Assembly: GCA_047602405.1 (NCBI GenBank)
Contig: JASGHJ010000001.1
Location: forward strand, 864,001-928,000
DNA length: 64,000 nt
Reading direction: 5' to 3'
Source: Anaeromyxobacteraceae bacterium
GTDB lineage: Bacteria; Myxococcota; Myxococcia; Myxococcales; Anaeromyxobacteraceae
A program made the translations under genes and the position numbers. This document shows, in pieces, positions 24,094 to 32,925 of the stretch; position 1 is the stretch's first letter; each line of letters begins with the position of its first letter. Below the pieces are notes generated by a model. It ran no database searches. It was not told the origin of the DNA and saw nothing but the letters and a program-made list of their open reading frames with translations.

Positions 24094-25040
24094 GGGAGGG
24101 CCTGTCCTAACACGCGCCCCGCCGTCCGCACCGGATTCGCCAGGAGGTCCCGCCCGAGGTCTGCCTCGAACGTGCGCGCGCCGTCGGCCACCGCGCCGAG
24201 GAGCGCGAGGTGCGCCCGGACGCCGGGGAGCGCGCCGACCGCGACGAGCGCGGAGGACTCGGCGAGACGACCCAGCGCCGCCGCGGGCGAGAGCGGGTGG
24301 AGCGCCGTGTCGTCGCGATCGGCGACGCGCGGGAAGACGAGCGCTGCGGGAGCGCCGGCCTCGTGGCGCTCCCGGCCCGGGAAGAGCGCGCGCGGGTCGA
24401 GCGCGAGCTTGCCGAGCGCGGTCGTCCGATCCGAGGGGACGGCCGGGGCGCCGGGGATGGCGGCGGCGCTCCGCGGCGCGAGGTGGAACGCGCGCGGCAG
24501 CGCGAGCACGCGCGGACCCGCGGCGAGGAGCACGACGTCGTCGCCGAGGTACGCGCAGCCGGCCGCGACGAGCGCGGCGACGAGCGTGCTCTTGCCGCAG
24601 CCGGACGGGCCGGGGAGGAGCAGCACCCGGCCGCCGGGATCCACCACCGCGCCGGCGTGGAGGTGGTGGAGGCCGCGCTCGCGCAGGACCGCCGAGAGCG
24701 CGAGGAGGAGCGGCAGGTGCGCGACCGCCCAGGCCTGGGCCTCGTCGAGCGGCGCCGGGACCTCGATCCGGAGGTGCTCCGCGCGCCTGGTGACGGTCGC
24801 GAGCGAGGTGTCCACGCGGAGCGCGCCGCCTTCGCGCAGGCGCAGCTCGGCGCCCTGGAACGTCTGATCGGGCGGGCCCTCCGGCCTGGTGCGCGCGGCG
24901 ACGACCTCGGTCTCGATGACGAGGCCGGCGGGCGCCCCGGGCGCGGCCGCGGCGACGTGCCCGAGCAGGAGCTCCGCCGGATCCACGCCGGCGGCGCAGC
25001 GGTGCTCGAGGACGAGCCCGTGGAGCGCGCGGCGGGCCAC
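24090..25040 (-). CDS. HPr kinase-like P-loop kinase (lasso-peptide kinase / HprK-related type)
   Basis: LHAGAV...LLLPGPSGCGKSTL...YLGDD. Confidence 0.85.
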
Positions 25041-25044
25041 GGCG

Positions 25045-25789
25045 TCAGCCCGCGTTCTCGACGATGACGCCGTCCTCGCGGAGCTCCCTCACGAGCGTCT
25101 CCACGTGGCGGCGGATGTCGGACGGATTCGATCTCGGGGAACTCGGCGGCGAGCCCCTGCGCGATGGCGGCCTCGTCCGAGGCGCCGGCGGCGAGGAGCT
25201 TCCAGGCGATCACGCCGGTGGCGTTGAGCGTGAGGTAGCGGCGCGTGCCGAGGTGGAGCAGCACGCCCGTCCCGTCGCCGAGCTCGGTGAGGATCGCGTC
25301 CCCGGAGGGCCTGAGGCCTGGCATCGTCGCGCGCTCCCGCGCGGCGAGGAGCGTACCCGGATCCGCCGGCCAGGCGAAGGCGATCGCGAAGCGGCCCGGC
25401 GGCGGCGCGCCGATGGAGGGCTTCCCGTCGCGCAGGAGCCAGGCGTGCGCCCGGTAGTCGCCGGGCATGTGGGTCCGGCGGCGCAGGCCGATGAGGAATT
25501 TCACGTCCGCACCCGCCGCGCGCAGCACCGCGTAGCCCGCGAGCGCACGCCACAGGCAGGTGGTGGGCCAGAGGCGCAGGGGGCGCATGAGGAGGGCGCT
25601 CAGGGACTCGACGGCGAACGTCCCCTGGTCGCCCCTTCGCCCTTCGACAGGCTCAGGGCGAACGGAGACCGGCGCGCCCGCGTCGAGCTGGCGCAGCAGG
25701 TCCGGCAGCGCCTCGCGCCGGAACTGGAGCGGCAGCGTGAGCCGCAGGCGCAGGAGCCGGAGCGCGGTGCGGAGCGAGGCCCGGGCCAC
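25045..25789 (-). CDS. Lasso-type leader peptidase (B2, transglutaminase-like) fused N-terminally to a PqqD/RRE domain; apparent +1 frameshift at ~25127
   Basis: TCLWRALA...IG...AHAWL catalytic motifs, then in frame GVLLHLGTRRYLTLNATGVIAWKLL...IAQGLAAEF; deleting one base at 25125-25129 restores IDPSDIRRHVETLVRELREDGVI. Confidence 0.85.
25640..25665 (+). repeat. REP-like element, short copy 4 (inside the B2 peptidase gene, encoding SVRPEPVEG)
   Basis: CCCTTCGACAGGCTCAGGGCGAACGG shares both arms with the other copies but lacks the internal stem. Confidence 0.65.
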
Positions 25790-25800
25790 GCGCGGTCCCG

Positions 25801-26724
25801 TCAGCGCACCCAGGACGGCGCGCCGTCGATGCCGGGCGACCAGGTGAGGCGCACGGAGAGCACGCCGCTCACCGCGTCGCGCACGATCACCTCGGCGTCG
25901 CCGAAGCTCGTGTTCATGACGGCGATCGAGTTACCGTCGGGGCTCCACGAGGGCTCGACGTCCGCCGCGTCGGCGAGGATGCGCTCCTGGCCCGTCGCGA
26001 GATCGAGCACGATGATGCGCGCGTCCTGCGCGGGCGTCGCGCGGGCGAACGCGAGGCTCTTCCCGTCCGGCGAGGGCGCCGGGCGGCCGAGGATGCGGCA
26101 CGCGACGGCGCCGCAGCGGAGCGGCGAGGCCGCCTCCTGCGAGACCTGCACCGGGTCGCCGCCGGCGACGGGCACCTTCCAGACCTGGTAGCGGCCGGTG
26201 CGGTTGGAGGTGAAGTAGAGGGTCTCGCCGTCGGGAGACCAGGCCGGCTGGACGTCGTCGGCCGGGGCCGCCGCGAGCGCGACCGGGACGCCGCCGTGGA
26301 GCGGCATCACGTAGACGTCGGCGGTGCCCGCGTCGGGCGACTTGCCGGAGAAGGCGACGTGGGTTCCGTCCGGAGAGACCTGCGGGCTCCCGACGGCGAG
26401 GTCGCCGGTGTCGAGGAGCGTCTCGTAGGGCGCCGCGATGGGGCGGTAGACGAGGCGGCCGCGGCCGTATCGGAAGGCGCGGTAGACCGCCCCCTGGGCC
26501 GCGGTCGAGTAGGAGGGGTCGGTCTCGTCGCCCGGGGTCGCGGCGAGCACGACGTCGCAGGCGCCGTCGGCGCGGATGATGCGGACGTCGTACTGGTCGC
26601 CGCGGCGGGAGGTGTAGGCGAGCCAGCCTCGCTCGGGCGCACCGCACACGTCGGCGCAGCCAGCCGCGCAGACGAGCGCCGCCGCGGCGAGCGCGAGGGC
26701 GCGGACGGGGCTCGTCGGGGACAT
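25801..26724 (-). CDS. TolB-like PD40 beta-propeller lipoprotein
   Basis: Lipoprotein-like signal (CAAGC); repeated P.WSPDG/SPDG..LAF motifs; ATG 26724 is 4 nt after the precursor stop. Confidence 0.85.
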   Translation of the reverse strand: MSPTSPVRALALAAAALVCAAGCADVCGAPERGWLAYTSRRGDQYDVRIIRADGACDVVLAATPGDETDPSYSTAAQGAVYRAFRYGRGRLVYRPIAAPYETLLDTGDLAVGSPQVSPDGTHVAFSGKSPDAGTADVYVMPLHGGVPVALAAAPADDVQPAWSPDGETLYFTSNRTGRYQVWKVPVAGGDPVQVSQEAASPLRCGAVACRILGRPAPSPDGKSLAFARATPAQDARIIVLDLATGQERILADAADVEPSWSPDGNSIAVMNTSFGDAEVIVRDAVSGVLSVRLTWSPGIDGAPSWVR

Positions 26725-26728
26725 CGCG

Positions 26729-26890
26729 CTATTCGCCGCCGATGCCGCCGCCGGGGCCGCCGTCGCCGCTGAAGAGCGTGGCGTGCTCGACGCGTCGGCG
26801 CGCGAGGACGCGCGGCGGCTCGTAGGCGGGCCGCTGCGGCGGAGCCGGCTTCGCGGCGGGGAGCTCGGGCTGGGTCTTCTTGGGATCCAT
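26729..26890 (-). CDS. Putative RiPP precursor peptide with lasso-type leader (53 aa; not in the supplied ORF track)
   Basis: Manual translation MDPKKTQPELPAAKPAPPQRPAYEPPRVLARRRVEHATL|FSGDGGPGGGIGGE*; Y(-17) P(-14) V(-12) T(-2); GC3-biased codons; fills the gap between two co-oriented genes. Confidence 0.8.
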   Translation of the reverse strand: MDPKKTQPELPAAKPAPPQRPAYEPPRVLARRRVEHATLFSGDGGPGGGIGGE

Positions 26891-26906
26891 GGTGCGAGGT
26901 CCGAGC

Positions 26907-28349
26907 TCAGGGAGCGGTGGTGAACTTGAACGGGGCGACGTACTCGCCGTTGCGGCCGGCGAAGTGGTTGCGGGCCGACCAGAAGTAGTCGGTCCCCGCG
27001 GTGAGCCCGGTTAGGTCGGCCGTGAACGTGTAGGTCCACGTGTTGGCTGGCCCTTCGGCCGCGGACGTGGTGGTCACGGCATCGAAGATGGGGTCACCCA
27101 GGGCCGAGCAGTCGGGCGCCTTGCAGAGGATGAACACCCGGTCGCTCGAGGGGACCGTTTCGTACGGATAGTCCACGGTCCACGTGAACGCGGTTACACC
27201 ACGCAGGACGTCCGTTGCGTTGTCGGCCGGGGTCTTGAGGACGGGCGGGCCGGTCACGATGAAGCTCTCCTGCTGCGCGAAGGTGCCGTCGATCACCCCG
27301 CCACCCGGATTCCAGTGGGTCCGCGCCTCCAGGTAGTACCGCTGACCCACAGTGAAGATGAAGTCGCCCAGGTACGAATCGTACGAACCCCAGCCGGCGC
27401 CCGGCGCGGCCCTGTCCACGAAGCCGTTCGAGGGGACGTTGAAGTCGTCGAGCACGAACGGGATGCCGCTGCAGCTGCCGTTCACGAACGGCGCCGAGCA
27501 GATGGTCGCCCGCATCTGCGTGACCCGCGGTTGATGAAAGTCGTCCTTGTTGTCGTAGAGGAACCAGTGGAGCGTTTCGTTGCCCTCCACACGGTCACCG
27601 AGCGTGTCACCGGCCACACGTGGTGCGTTCGGGAACGGATCCGCCCAGATCGCGCCCTTGATGACGAAGGGGCCCGAACCGACCGGCGGGTAATTGAGGT
27701 TCCAGTCCTTCACGATCGGCAAGGCACCGGGTGCGGAGCCGTCCGCCACCGCCGAGCCGGCGAGGCTCTCGTACGGATAGGTGAGGACGTCCGTGTAGTC
27801 GATGTAGCTGCCGTACGGGCTGATCGCATCGTTGCCGGGTGGCACGAAGGTCACGGTCCCCGGGAAGTCCGGGTCCTCGTAAGCCTTGTTCCCGCCCACC
27901 GGCAAGACGCCGGGGTCGCATACGGCGTAGGTCGAGCTCGTCAAGGACGTGATCGTCACGAACAGTCCGGCCAGCCGCTCCGGCAGGTAGTTCGTGATGC
28001 GGACCGGCGTCTGGATCGCGTTCTCGTCGCAGCCCGGCGCGACCGGACCGACGTCGATGAAGGGCGTGACCGAGGCGATCTCCACCGTGCGCGGCGGGTT
28101 CGTGCCCGCATTCTGATCCGTGCCCTCCGGGATCACCGTCCACAGCGCCGACCCGCGCGACCCGCCGGGCCCCGGCGTCGGCGGCTCGATGACCGCCTCG
28201 AACGTGGCGATGCGCTGCGGCCGCGAGGGCGGCAGCGGCTCGACGACCTGCCGCGCCGGCTTCGGCCGGTCGGCGCAGGCGGCCGCGAGCAACAGGGCGA
28301 GGCCGCCGAGGGCGACACGAACACGCATCCTGGAATTCTCCGTGATCAC
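26907..28349 (-). CDS. Hypothetical beta-rich surface lipoprotein with a C-terminal FN3/Ig-like segment (start 28349 or 28328)
   Basis: LLAAAC lipobox; rich in T/G/P/aromatic residues; PVLKTPADNAT...LTAGTDYFWSAR; visibly less GC-rich than neighbours. Confidence 0.75.
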   Translation of the reverse strand: MITENSRMRVRVALGGLALLLAAACADRPKPARQVVEPLPPSRPQRIATFEAVIEPPTPGPGGSRGSALWTVIPEGTDQNAGTNPPRTVEIASVTPFIDVGPVAPGCDENAIQTPVRITNYLPERLAGLFVTITSLTSSTYAVCDPGVLPVGGNKAYEDPDFPGTVTFVPPGNDAISPYGSYIDYTDVLTYPYESLAGSAVADGSAPGALPIVKDWNLNYPPVGSGPFVIKGAIWADPFPNAPRVAGDTLGDRVEGNETLHWFLYDNKDDFHQPRVTQMRATICSAPFVNGSCSGIPFVLDDFNVPSNGFVDRAAPGAGWGSYDSYLGDFIFTVGQRYYLEARTHWNPGGGVIDGTFAQQESFIVTGPPVLKTPADNATDVLRGVTAFTWTVDYPYETVPSSDRVFILCKAPDCSALGDPIFDAVTTTSAAEGPANTWTYTFTADLTGLTAGTDYFWSARNHFAGRNGEYVAPFKFTTAP

Positions 28350-28450
28350 GCGACGCCGGGCCAGGAAACCAGGGCCTGCACTCGGGGTCGTTCCGATGAC
28401 TTACGCGCCTTCGGAGCCGTGTAGCAAGCGGCCCCGTATCCCACCTTACC

Positions 28451-29548
28451 TCACCCGCGGTGCCCGCCGCGACGGCCTCGCCAGCCCAGGACGGCCAGCG
28501 GCTGATCCACGAGGAGCCGCCGCACGTGGAGCAGCGGCAGCCACCAGGTCTCGTCCGGCACCCCGTAGCTCGCGGCGAGGTAAGCCCGCGACGGGAAGAG
28601 GGAGATCCAGCCCTTCCGCGAGAGGAGGCGGAGCCGCCCCACCGCACGCTTCCGGAAGCCCGGAGCCCAGCCCGCGGGCTCGAAGGCCTGCCCCAACCGG
28701 GTGGGCGCCGGCGCACGGCTCGCGGCCGCGCTCCGCGCCTCCTCCACGAGCGCGAGGCCCTCGGCCACCGCCGGGCTCCGGCCCGGCTGCGCGAGCGCGC
28801 CCCGCGCGCCGAGCCGGACGAGATCCGCCGCCAGCCGGGGCAGGAAGGCGGGATCGCCCACGTGGTGCACGAGCGCGTGCTCGCACGCGATCACCGCGAG
28901 GTCCTCGAGCGCGGGCACCCGCACCGCGACGCCCTGCACCTCGGCGTGGATCGCTCGCGCGAGGAGCCCCTCGGTGCCGCCCTCCACCTCCGCCGGCGGC
29001 GCGACGTGCAGGTCGAGCTTCACGCCCGTCGTGTCCACGTAGCCGCCGACGCCAGTGGCCACCGGCTCCGCCGCGGCGGCAGCGAGCCCGTGCGCGCCCT
29101 CCAGCGTGGGCCTGCGCGGCAAGGGGCGCGCGCCGTCGGCCCGGAGCACAGCGTCGGCCTTGCCGGCGTCGGCGCCGCGCACCAGGAGGTCGAGGTCGGA
29201 CACGTGTCGGAGCGGCCCGTAGCCCGGGTCGTGCACGCAGAGTGCGACGCCCTTCAGCGCGAGGCAGGGCACGCCCGCCGCCGCAAGCGCGCGGGAGGCC
29301 CGCGCGAAGGCATTCACGGTGAGCGCGGTCTGGGCCGCGTCGTCCTCCGCGTGGCGGCGGAGCGCGGCGTAGCCGGGAGGCGCCGGCGAGAGGCCGAGCG
29401 GCGCGGCCGCGCGCCACGCGAGGCCGGAGACACCGAGCGTGCGCGCGCGGTCGGCGAGCGCAGTCCAGTCGAGCGCTCCGACGGGCTCCGCCGGCAGCTG
29501 CAGCACGGCGCGCAGCAGGAAGCCCTGCTCCGCCTCGCCGAGGCTCAT
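28451..29548 (-). CDS. Nucleotidyltransferase family protein (NTP_transf_5-like)
   Basis: LALKGVAL...LRHVSDLDLLV...LDLH; ATG 29548 overlaps the stop of the WecA-like gene (ATGA). Confidence 0.82.
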   Translation of the reverse strand: MSLGEAEQGFLLRAVLQLPAEPVGALDWTALADRARTLGVSGLAWRAAAPLGLSPAPPGYAALRRHAEDDAAQTALTVNAFARASRALAAAGVPCLALKGVALCVHDPGYGPLRHVSDLDLLVRGADAGKADAVLRADGARPLPRRPTLEGAHGLAAAAAEPVATGVGGYVDTTGVKLDLHVAPPAEVEGGTEGLLARAIHAEVQGVAVRVPALEDLAVIACEHALVHHVGDPAFLPRLAADLVRLGARGALAQPGRSPAVAEGLALVEEARSAAASRAPAPTRLGQAFEPAGWAPGFRKRAVGRLRLLSRKGWISLFPSRAYLAASYGVPDETWWLPLLHVRRLLVDQPLAVLGWRGRRGGHRG

Positions 29549-31029
29549 GCGCCCTGCGCCGGGAGGAGCCCGCGGGCGCGCGCCTCCGCGAGGCGATCGA
29601 GCCGGTCGAACGCGCCGGACACGTGCTCGCAGAGGAGCTCCACCGCGATCTCGGTGTCGCGGTCGATGGAGAACCGGCCGTCGTCGAAGCCGAGCTCGAG
29701 GTGGTGCTCCCCGGGGCGCTCCGCGACGAGCCCGTAGCGGGCGCGGAAGAGCGGCCCCTCCGCCTCCTCGAAGCCGTCCTCGAAGGGCTCGGAGCCCGCG
29801 AGGGCGCGCGGGCCCGCGAGGCGCAGCGCGACGCCCGAGGCGCCGAGCTCGCGGGAGGCGCCGCGCACGATCCCCCAGATCTCCTCGACCGACTCGGCGG
29901 TGCGGAGCGCCTCGCCCGCCCGCCGGACCGAGGCGCGGCGATCGAGGTTCCGGCGCCGCGTCTCGAGCAGGCGCTGGGCGCGGGAGAGGTCGAGGTAGCC
30001 GAGCCGGCGGAGCGCGAAGAAGATCACGACCGACATCCCGAGCAGGAGGCCGGCCGCCTGCAGGCCGGTCGTCACGAACGACATGCCGAGCGCGACGACC
30101 CCGAGCGCGACGGACGCGCCGTAGAGCACGAGCACCGCCTGCCGGTGGCTGAGGCCGAGCTCCATGAGGCGGTGGTGGATGTGGGCCCGGTCGGCCTGGA
30201 AGATGGGGACACCCTTCATCATCCGGCGCACCATCGCGAGGAAGGTGTCGGCGATGGGGATGCCGAGCGCGATGATGGGGACGACGATCGCGACCGCCGT
30301 GGAGGACTTCTGGTTCTTCATGATCGCGGTGGCCGCGAGCACGAAGCCGAGGAACATCGACCCCGCGTCGCCCATGAAGATGGTGGCGGGGTTGAAGTTG
30401 TAGAAGAGGAAGCCCGCGACGGCGCCGGCGAGGGTCGCCGCGAAGAGCATCATGAGCGGCTCGCCGCGCCACGCCGCGATGACGAAGGTCGTGGAGATCG
30501 CCGTGAGCGCGACGCCGCCGGCGAGCCCGTCGAGCCCGTCGATGAGGTTCATCGCGTTGATGACGCCGGTGATCCACAGCACCGTGAACGGCAGCGCGAG
30601 CCAGCCGAGCTGGATCGGGTCGCCGAACGGGTTCGTGATCTCGGTGACCCGCGCGCCCATGCCGAAGAGGAAGAGCGCGACCGCGAACTGGATCGTGAAC
30701 TTCAGCCCCGCCTTCATGCCGCGGAGGTCGTCCCAGACCCCGAGCACCGCGATGGCGAGGCCGCCCGCGAGGAGCGCGATCGCGTTCGTGCGGTCCGCCC
30801 AGAACCGGCGCCCGACCTCGGAGTTCGCCAGGAGGAGGGCGAGCAGCGGCACGTAGAAGCCGATGACGATGGCGACGCCGCCGAGCCGGGGCACCGGGCG
30901 GCCGTGGACCTTCCGGGCGGAGAGCGCGTGGTCGAGCCAGCCGCGGCGCAGCGCGAGGTTGCGCACGAGCGGCGTCAGGATGGCGGCGACCACCATCGCC
31001 GCGATGAACGCTGCGAACACGGTCCTCAA
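29545..31029 (-). CDS. Undecaprenyl-phosphate HexNAc-1-phosphate transferase (WecA/MraY family) with C-terminal cytoplasmic extension; start TTG 31029 or GTG 31062
   Basis: RKVH..PVPRLGG, GVWDD, NAMNLIDGLDGLA, NFNPATIFMGDAGS, ADRAHIHHRL. Confidence 0.9.
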   Translation of the reverse strand: MRTVFAAFIAAMVVAAILTPLVRNLALRRGWLDHALSARKVHGRPVPRLGGVAIVIGFYVPLLALLLANSEVGRRFWADRTNAIALLAGGLAIAVLGVWDDLRGMKAGLKFTIQFAVALFLFGMGARVTEITNPFGDPIQLGWLALPFTVLWITGVINAMNLIDGLDGLAGGVALTAISTTFVIAAWRGEPLMMLFAATLAGAVAGFLFYNFNPATIFMGDAGSMFLGFVLAATAIMKNQKSSTAVAIVVPIIALGIPIADTFLAMVRRMMKGVPIFQADRAHIHHRLMELGLSHRQAVLVLYGASVALGVVALGMSFVTTGLQAAGLLLGMSVVIFFALRRLGYLDLSRAQRLLETRRRNLDRRASVRRAGEALRTAESVEEIWGIVRGASRELGASGVALRLAGPRALAGSEPFEDGFEEAEGPLFRARYGLVAERPGEHHLELGFDDGRFSIDRDTEIAVELLCEHVSGAFDRLDRLAEARARGLLPAQGA

Positions 31030-31168
31030 GCGGCGTCCTGCTCCCGGGCCAGCGGCAGCCACTCCCCGTCGCTGCGATGGCGTCCGGGGACGTTACCACG
31101 GGTGCGACGGGCCCCGAAATCGGGACCCCGCCCGCGCGGACCCGACCGCGGGTTCCCGGGCGGGTCGT

Positions 31169-32356
31169 TCACCGAGCGTCCGTGAGCACCCGGGCGATCG
31201 CCGCGGTGCGCACCCTGCGTTCGTGGCGCACCTCGAACGCGCTCCGGACGTGCGCGGAGGTGGGAGCGCTTCGAAGCAGGCGATCGAGCGCCGCGCGCGC
31301 ACCCTCGACGTCGCCGTTCGCCACGACCTCGCCGGCGCCCTCGCGGACGATCGTCCGCGCCACCTCGGAAGCCGGCGGCCCGACGTACAGCGCCGGCCGC
31401 CCCGCCGCGAGGATGCCGTAGAGCTTCGACGGCTCCATCAGCCCGAGCGTCTCCGGAGTCTGCGAGACGAGGTGCACGTCGCCCGCGGAGAGCGACTCGG
31501 CGAGCCCTTCGCGCGGGACGAACGGCAGGAGCCTCACGTTCGGGAGCTCCCGCGCGGCGGCCTCGACGACCCCGCGCCGCCCACCGCCGCCCACGAAGAC
31601 GAACGCGAGGTCGTCGCGCTCACGGCAGCGCCGGGCGAGGCCGACCAGCGTGTCGAGGTCGTGCGCGCGCCCCATGTTGCCGGAGTAGAGGACGACGCGC
31701 CGGTCGCCCAGGCCGAGCCCTTGCCGGAACGCGTTCACCTCCGGCGGCACCGGCCGGACGTTCTCGCCGTCGGCCCAGTTCGGCAGGACGTGCACGCGCG
31801 CGGGGTCGACGCCCTTCGCCGCCACCCGCGCCTTCATCGGCTCGCCGGGGACCACGACGGCGTCGGCGCCGCGCAGCGCCGCGCGGGACACGCGCTCGGC
31901 GAGCCAGGTCGCCGGCGAGCGCGCGCCGAGCACGCCGAAGGCCACCGCGAGCTCCGGGTAGAGATCCTGGAGCCAGTAGACGAGGCGCGCGCCGCGCAGC
32001 CGCTTCACCGCGAGGCCGACCGAGGCGAGGAGCGGCGGGGCGCTCGTCGCGACGACGACGTCTGGCCGCGGCAGCGTGAGCGCGGTGGCGAAGGCGGAGG
32101 CGAAGTAGGTGGCGTAGTCGGCGACCCGGCGGACGAGGGCGCCCTTCCCGAGCACCGTGTTGCGGGTGCGGACGATCCGGACGCCGCCCCAGGCCTCCTC
32201 GTGCAGGAGGCGCGTGCCGCCGGGCCCGGTGCCGGACGAGGCGAGCACCGTCACCTCGTGGCCCGCGCGCGCGAGGTCCTCGGCGAGGTCGGCCGCGAGC
32301 AGCGCGAGCGCGTCGTCGTACGGCCAGAAGTAGTGGTTGAGGAGGAGGACCTTCAT
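31169..32356 (-). CDS. GT4 glycosyltransferase (WcaI/WbuB-like)
   Basis: YWLQDLYPE, LPNWAD, YSGNMGRAH, PSKLYGILAAGRP. Confidence 0.88.
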   Translation of the reverse strand: MKVLLLNHYFWPYDDALALLAADLAEDLARAGHEVTVLASSGTGPGGTRLLHEEAWGGVRIVRTRNTVLGKGALVRRVADYATYFASAFATALTLPRPDVVVATSAPPLLASVGLAVKRLRGARLVYWLQDLYPELAVAFGVLGARSPATWLAERVSRAALRGADAVVVPGEPMKARVAAKGVDPARVHVLPNWADGENVRPVPPEVNAFRQGLGLGDRRVVLYSGNMGRAHDLDTLVGLARRCRERDDLAFVFVGGGGRRGVVEAAARELPNVRLLPFVPREGLAESLSAGDVHLVSQTPETLGLMEPSKLYGILAAGRPALYVGPPASEVARTIVREGAGEVVANGDVEGARAALDRLLRSAPTSAHVRSAFEVRHERRVRTAAIARVLTDAR

Positions 32357-32925
32357 CCGGCCCGCTCGGCGATGACCCGTTCCTTCACCTTCACCGCCGG
32401 TACTCCTGCGTAGACGCCCCACGGCTCCGTGTCGCCGGAGAGCACCGAGCCCGCCCCGAGCACGGCGTGCGAGGCGAGCCGGCTGCCCGGGAGGAGCAGG
32501 GAGCCCACCGCGGCCCAGGCGCCGTCCTCGATGACGACCTCGCGGACGACGAGATCGAAGGTGGCCTTCGACCAGTCGTGGTTGCCCGTCTCGACCATGC
32601 AGCCCTGCGAGAGGCACGCGTGCGCGCCGATGCGAACGTCGGCGAGCGTGTCGAGCCAGACACCCTCGCCGAGCCACGTGTGGTCGCCGACGTGGAGGCG
32701 CCAGGGGTACTTCACGTTGAGGCGCGGCTTCAGCACGACCCCGGCGCCTACCTCCGCGCCGAACGCGCGCAGGAGCGCGGCCTTCAGGCCCGACGGCCAG
32801 GGGAACCAGGTGAGGAAGAACGCCGCGTTCACGACGAGCCAGAGCAGGCGCACCGGCAGCGAGCGGCCGGGGCGGTACCAGGCGTTGTCGAAGCGGTCCA
32901 GGCGGACCGGGCTGCGTTCACTCAC
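32353..32925 (-). CDS. wcaF: WcaF-family polysaccharide acetyltransferase
   Basis: LLRAFGA.VG..V...P..NVKYPWRL.VGD..WLGE, CLSQG....TGNHD; hexapeptide repeats. Confidence 0.85.
   Translation of the reverse strand: MSERSPVRLDRFDNAWYRPGRSLPVRLLWLVVNAAFFLTWFPWPSGLKAALLRAFGAEVGAGVVLKPRLNVKYPWRLHVGDHTWLGEGVWLDTLADVRIGAHACLSQGCMVETGNHDWSKATFDLVVREVVIEDGAWAAVGSLLLPGSRLASHAVLGAGSVLSGDTEPWGVYAGVPAVKVKERVIAERAG

Noticed and set aside
25801..27039. 412-aa version of the TolB-like ORF
   Set aside because: The extension overlaps the precursor ORF and the upstream lipoprotein gene; a lipoprotein signal peptide begins at ATG 26724.
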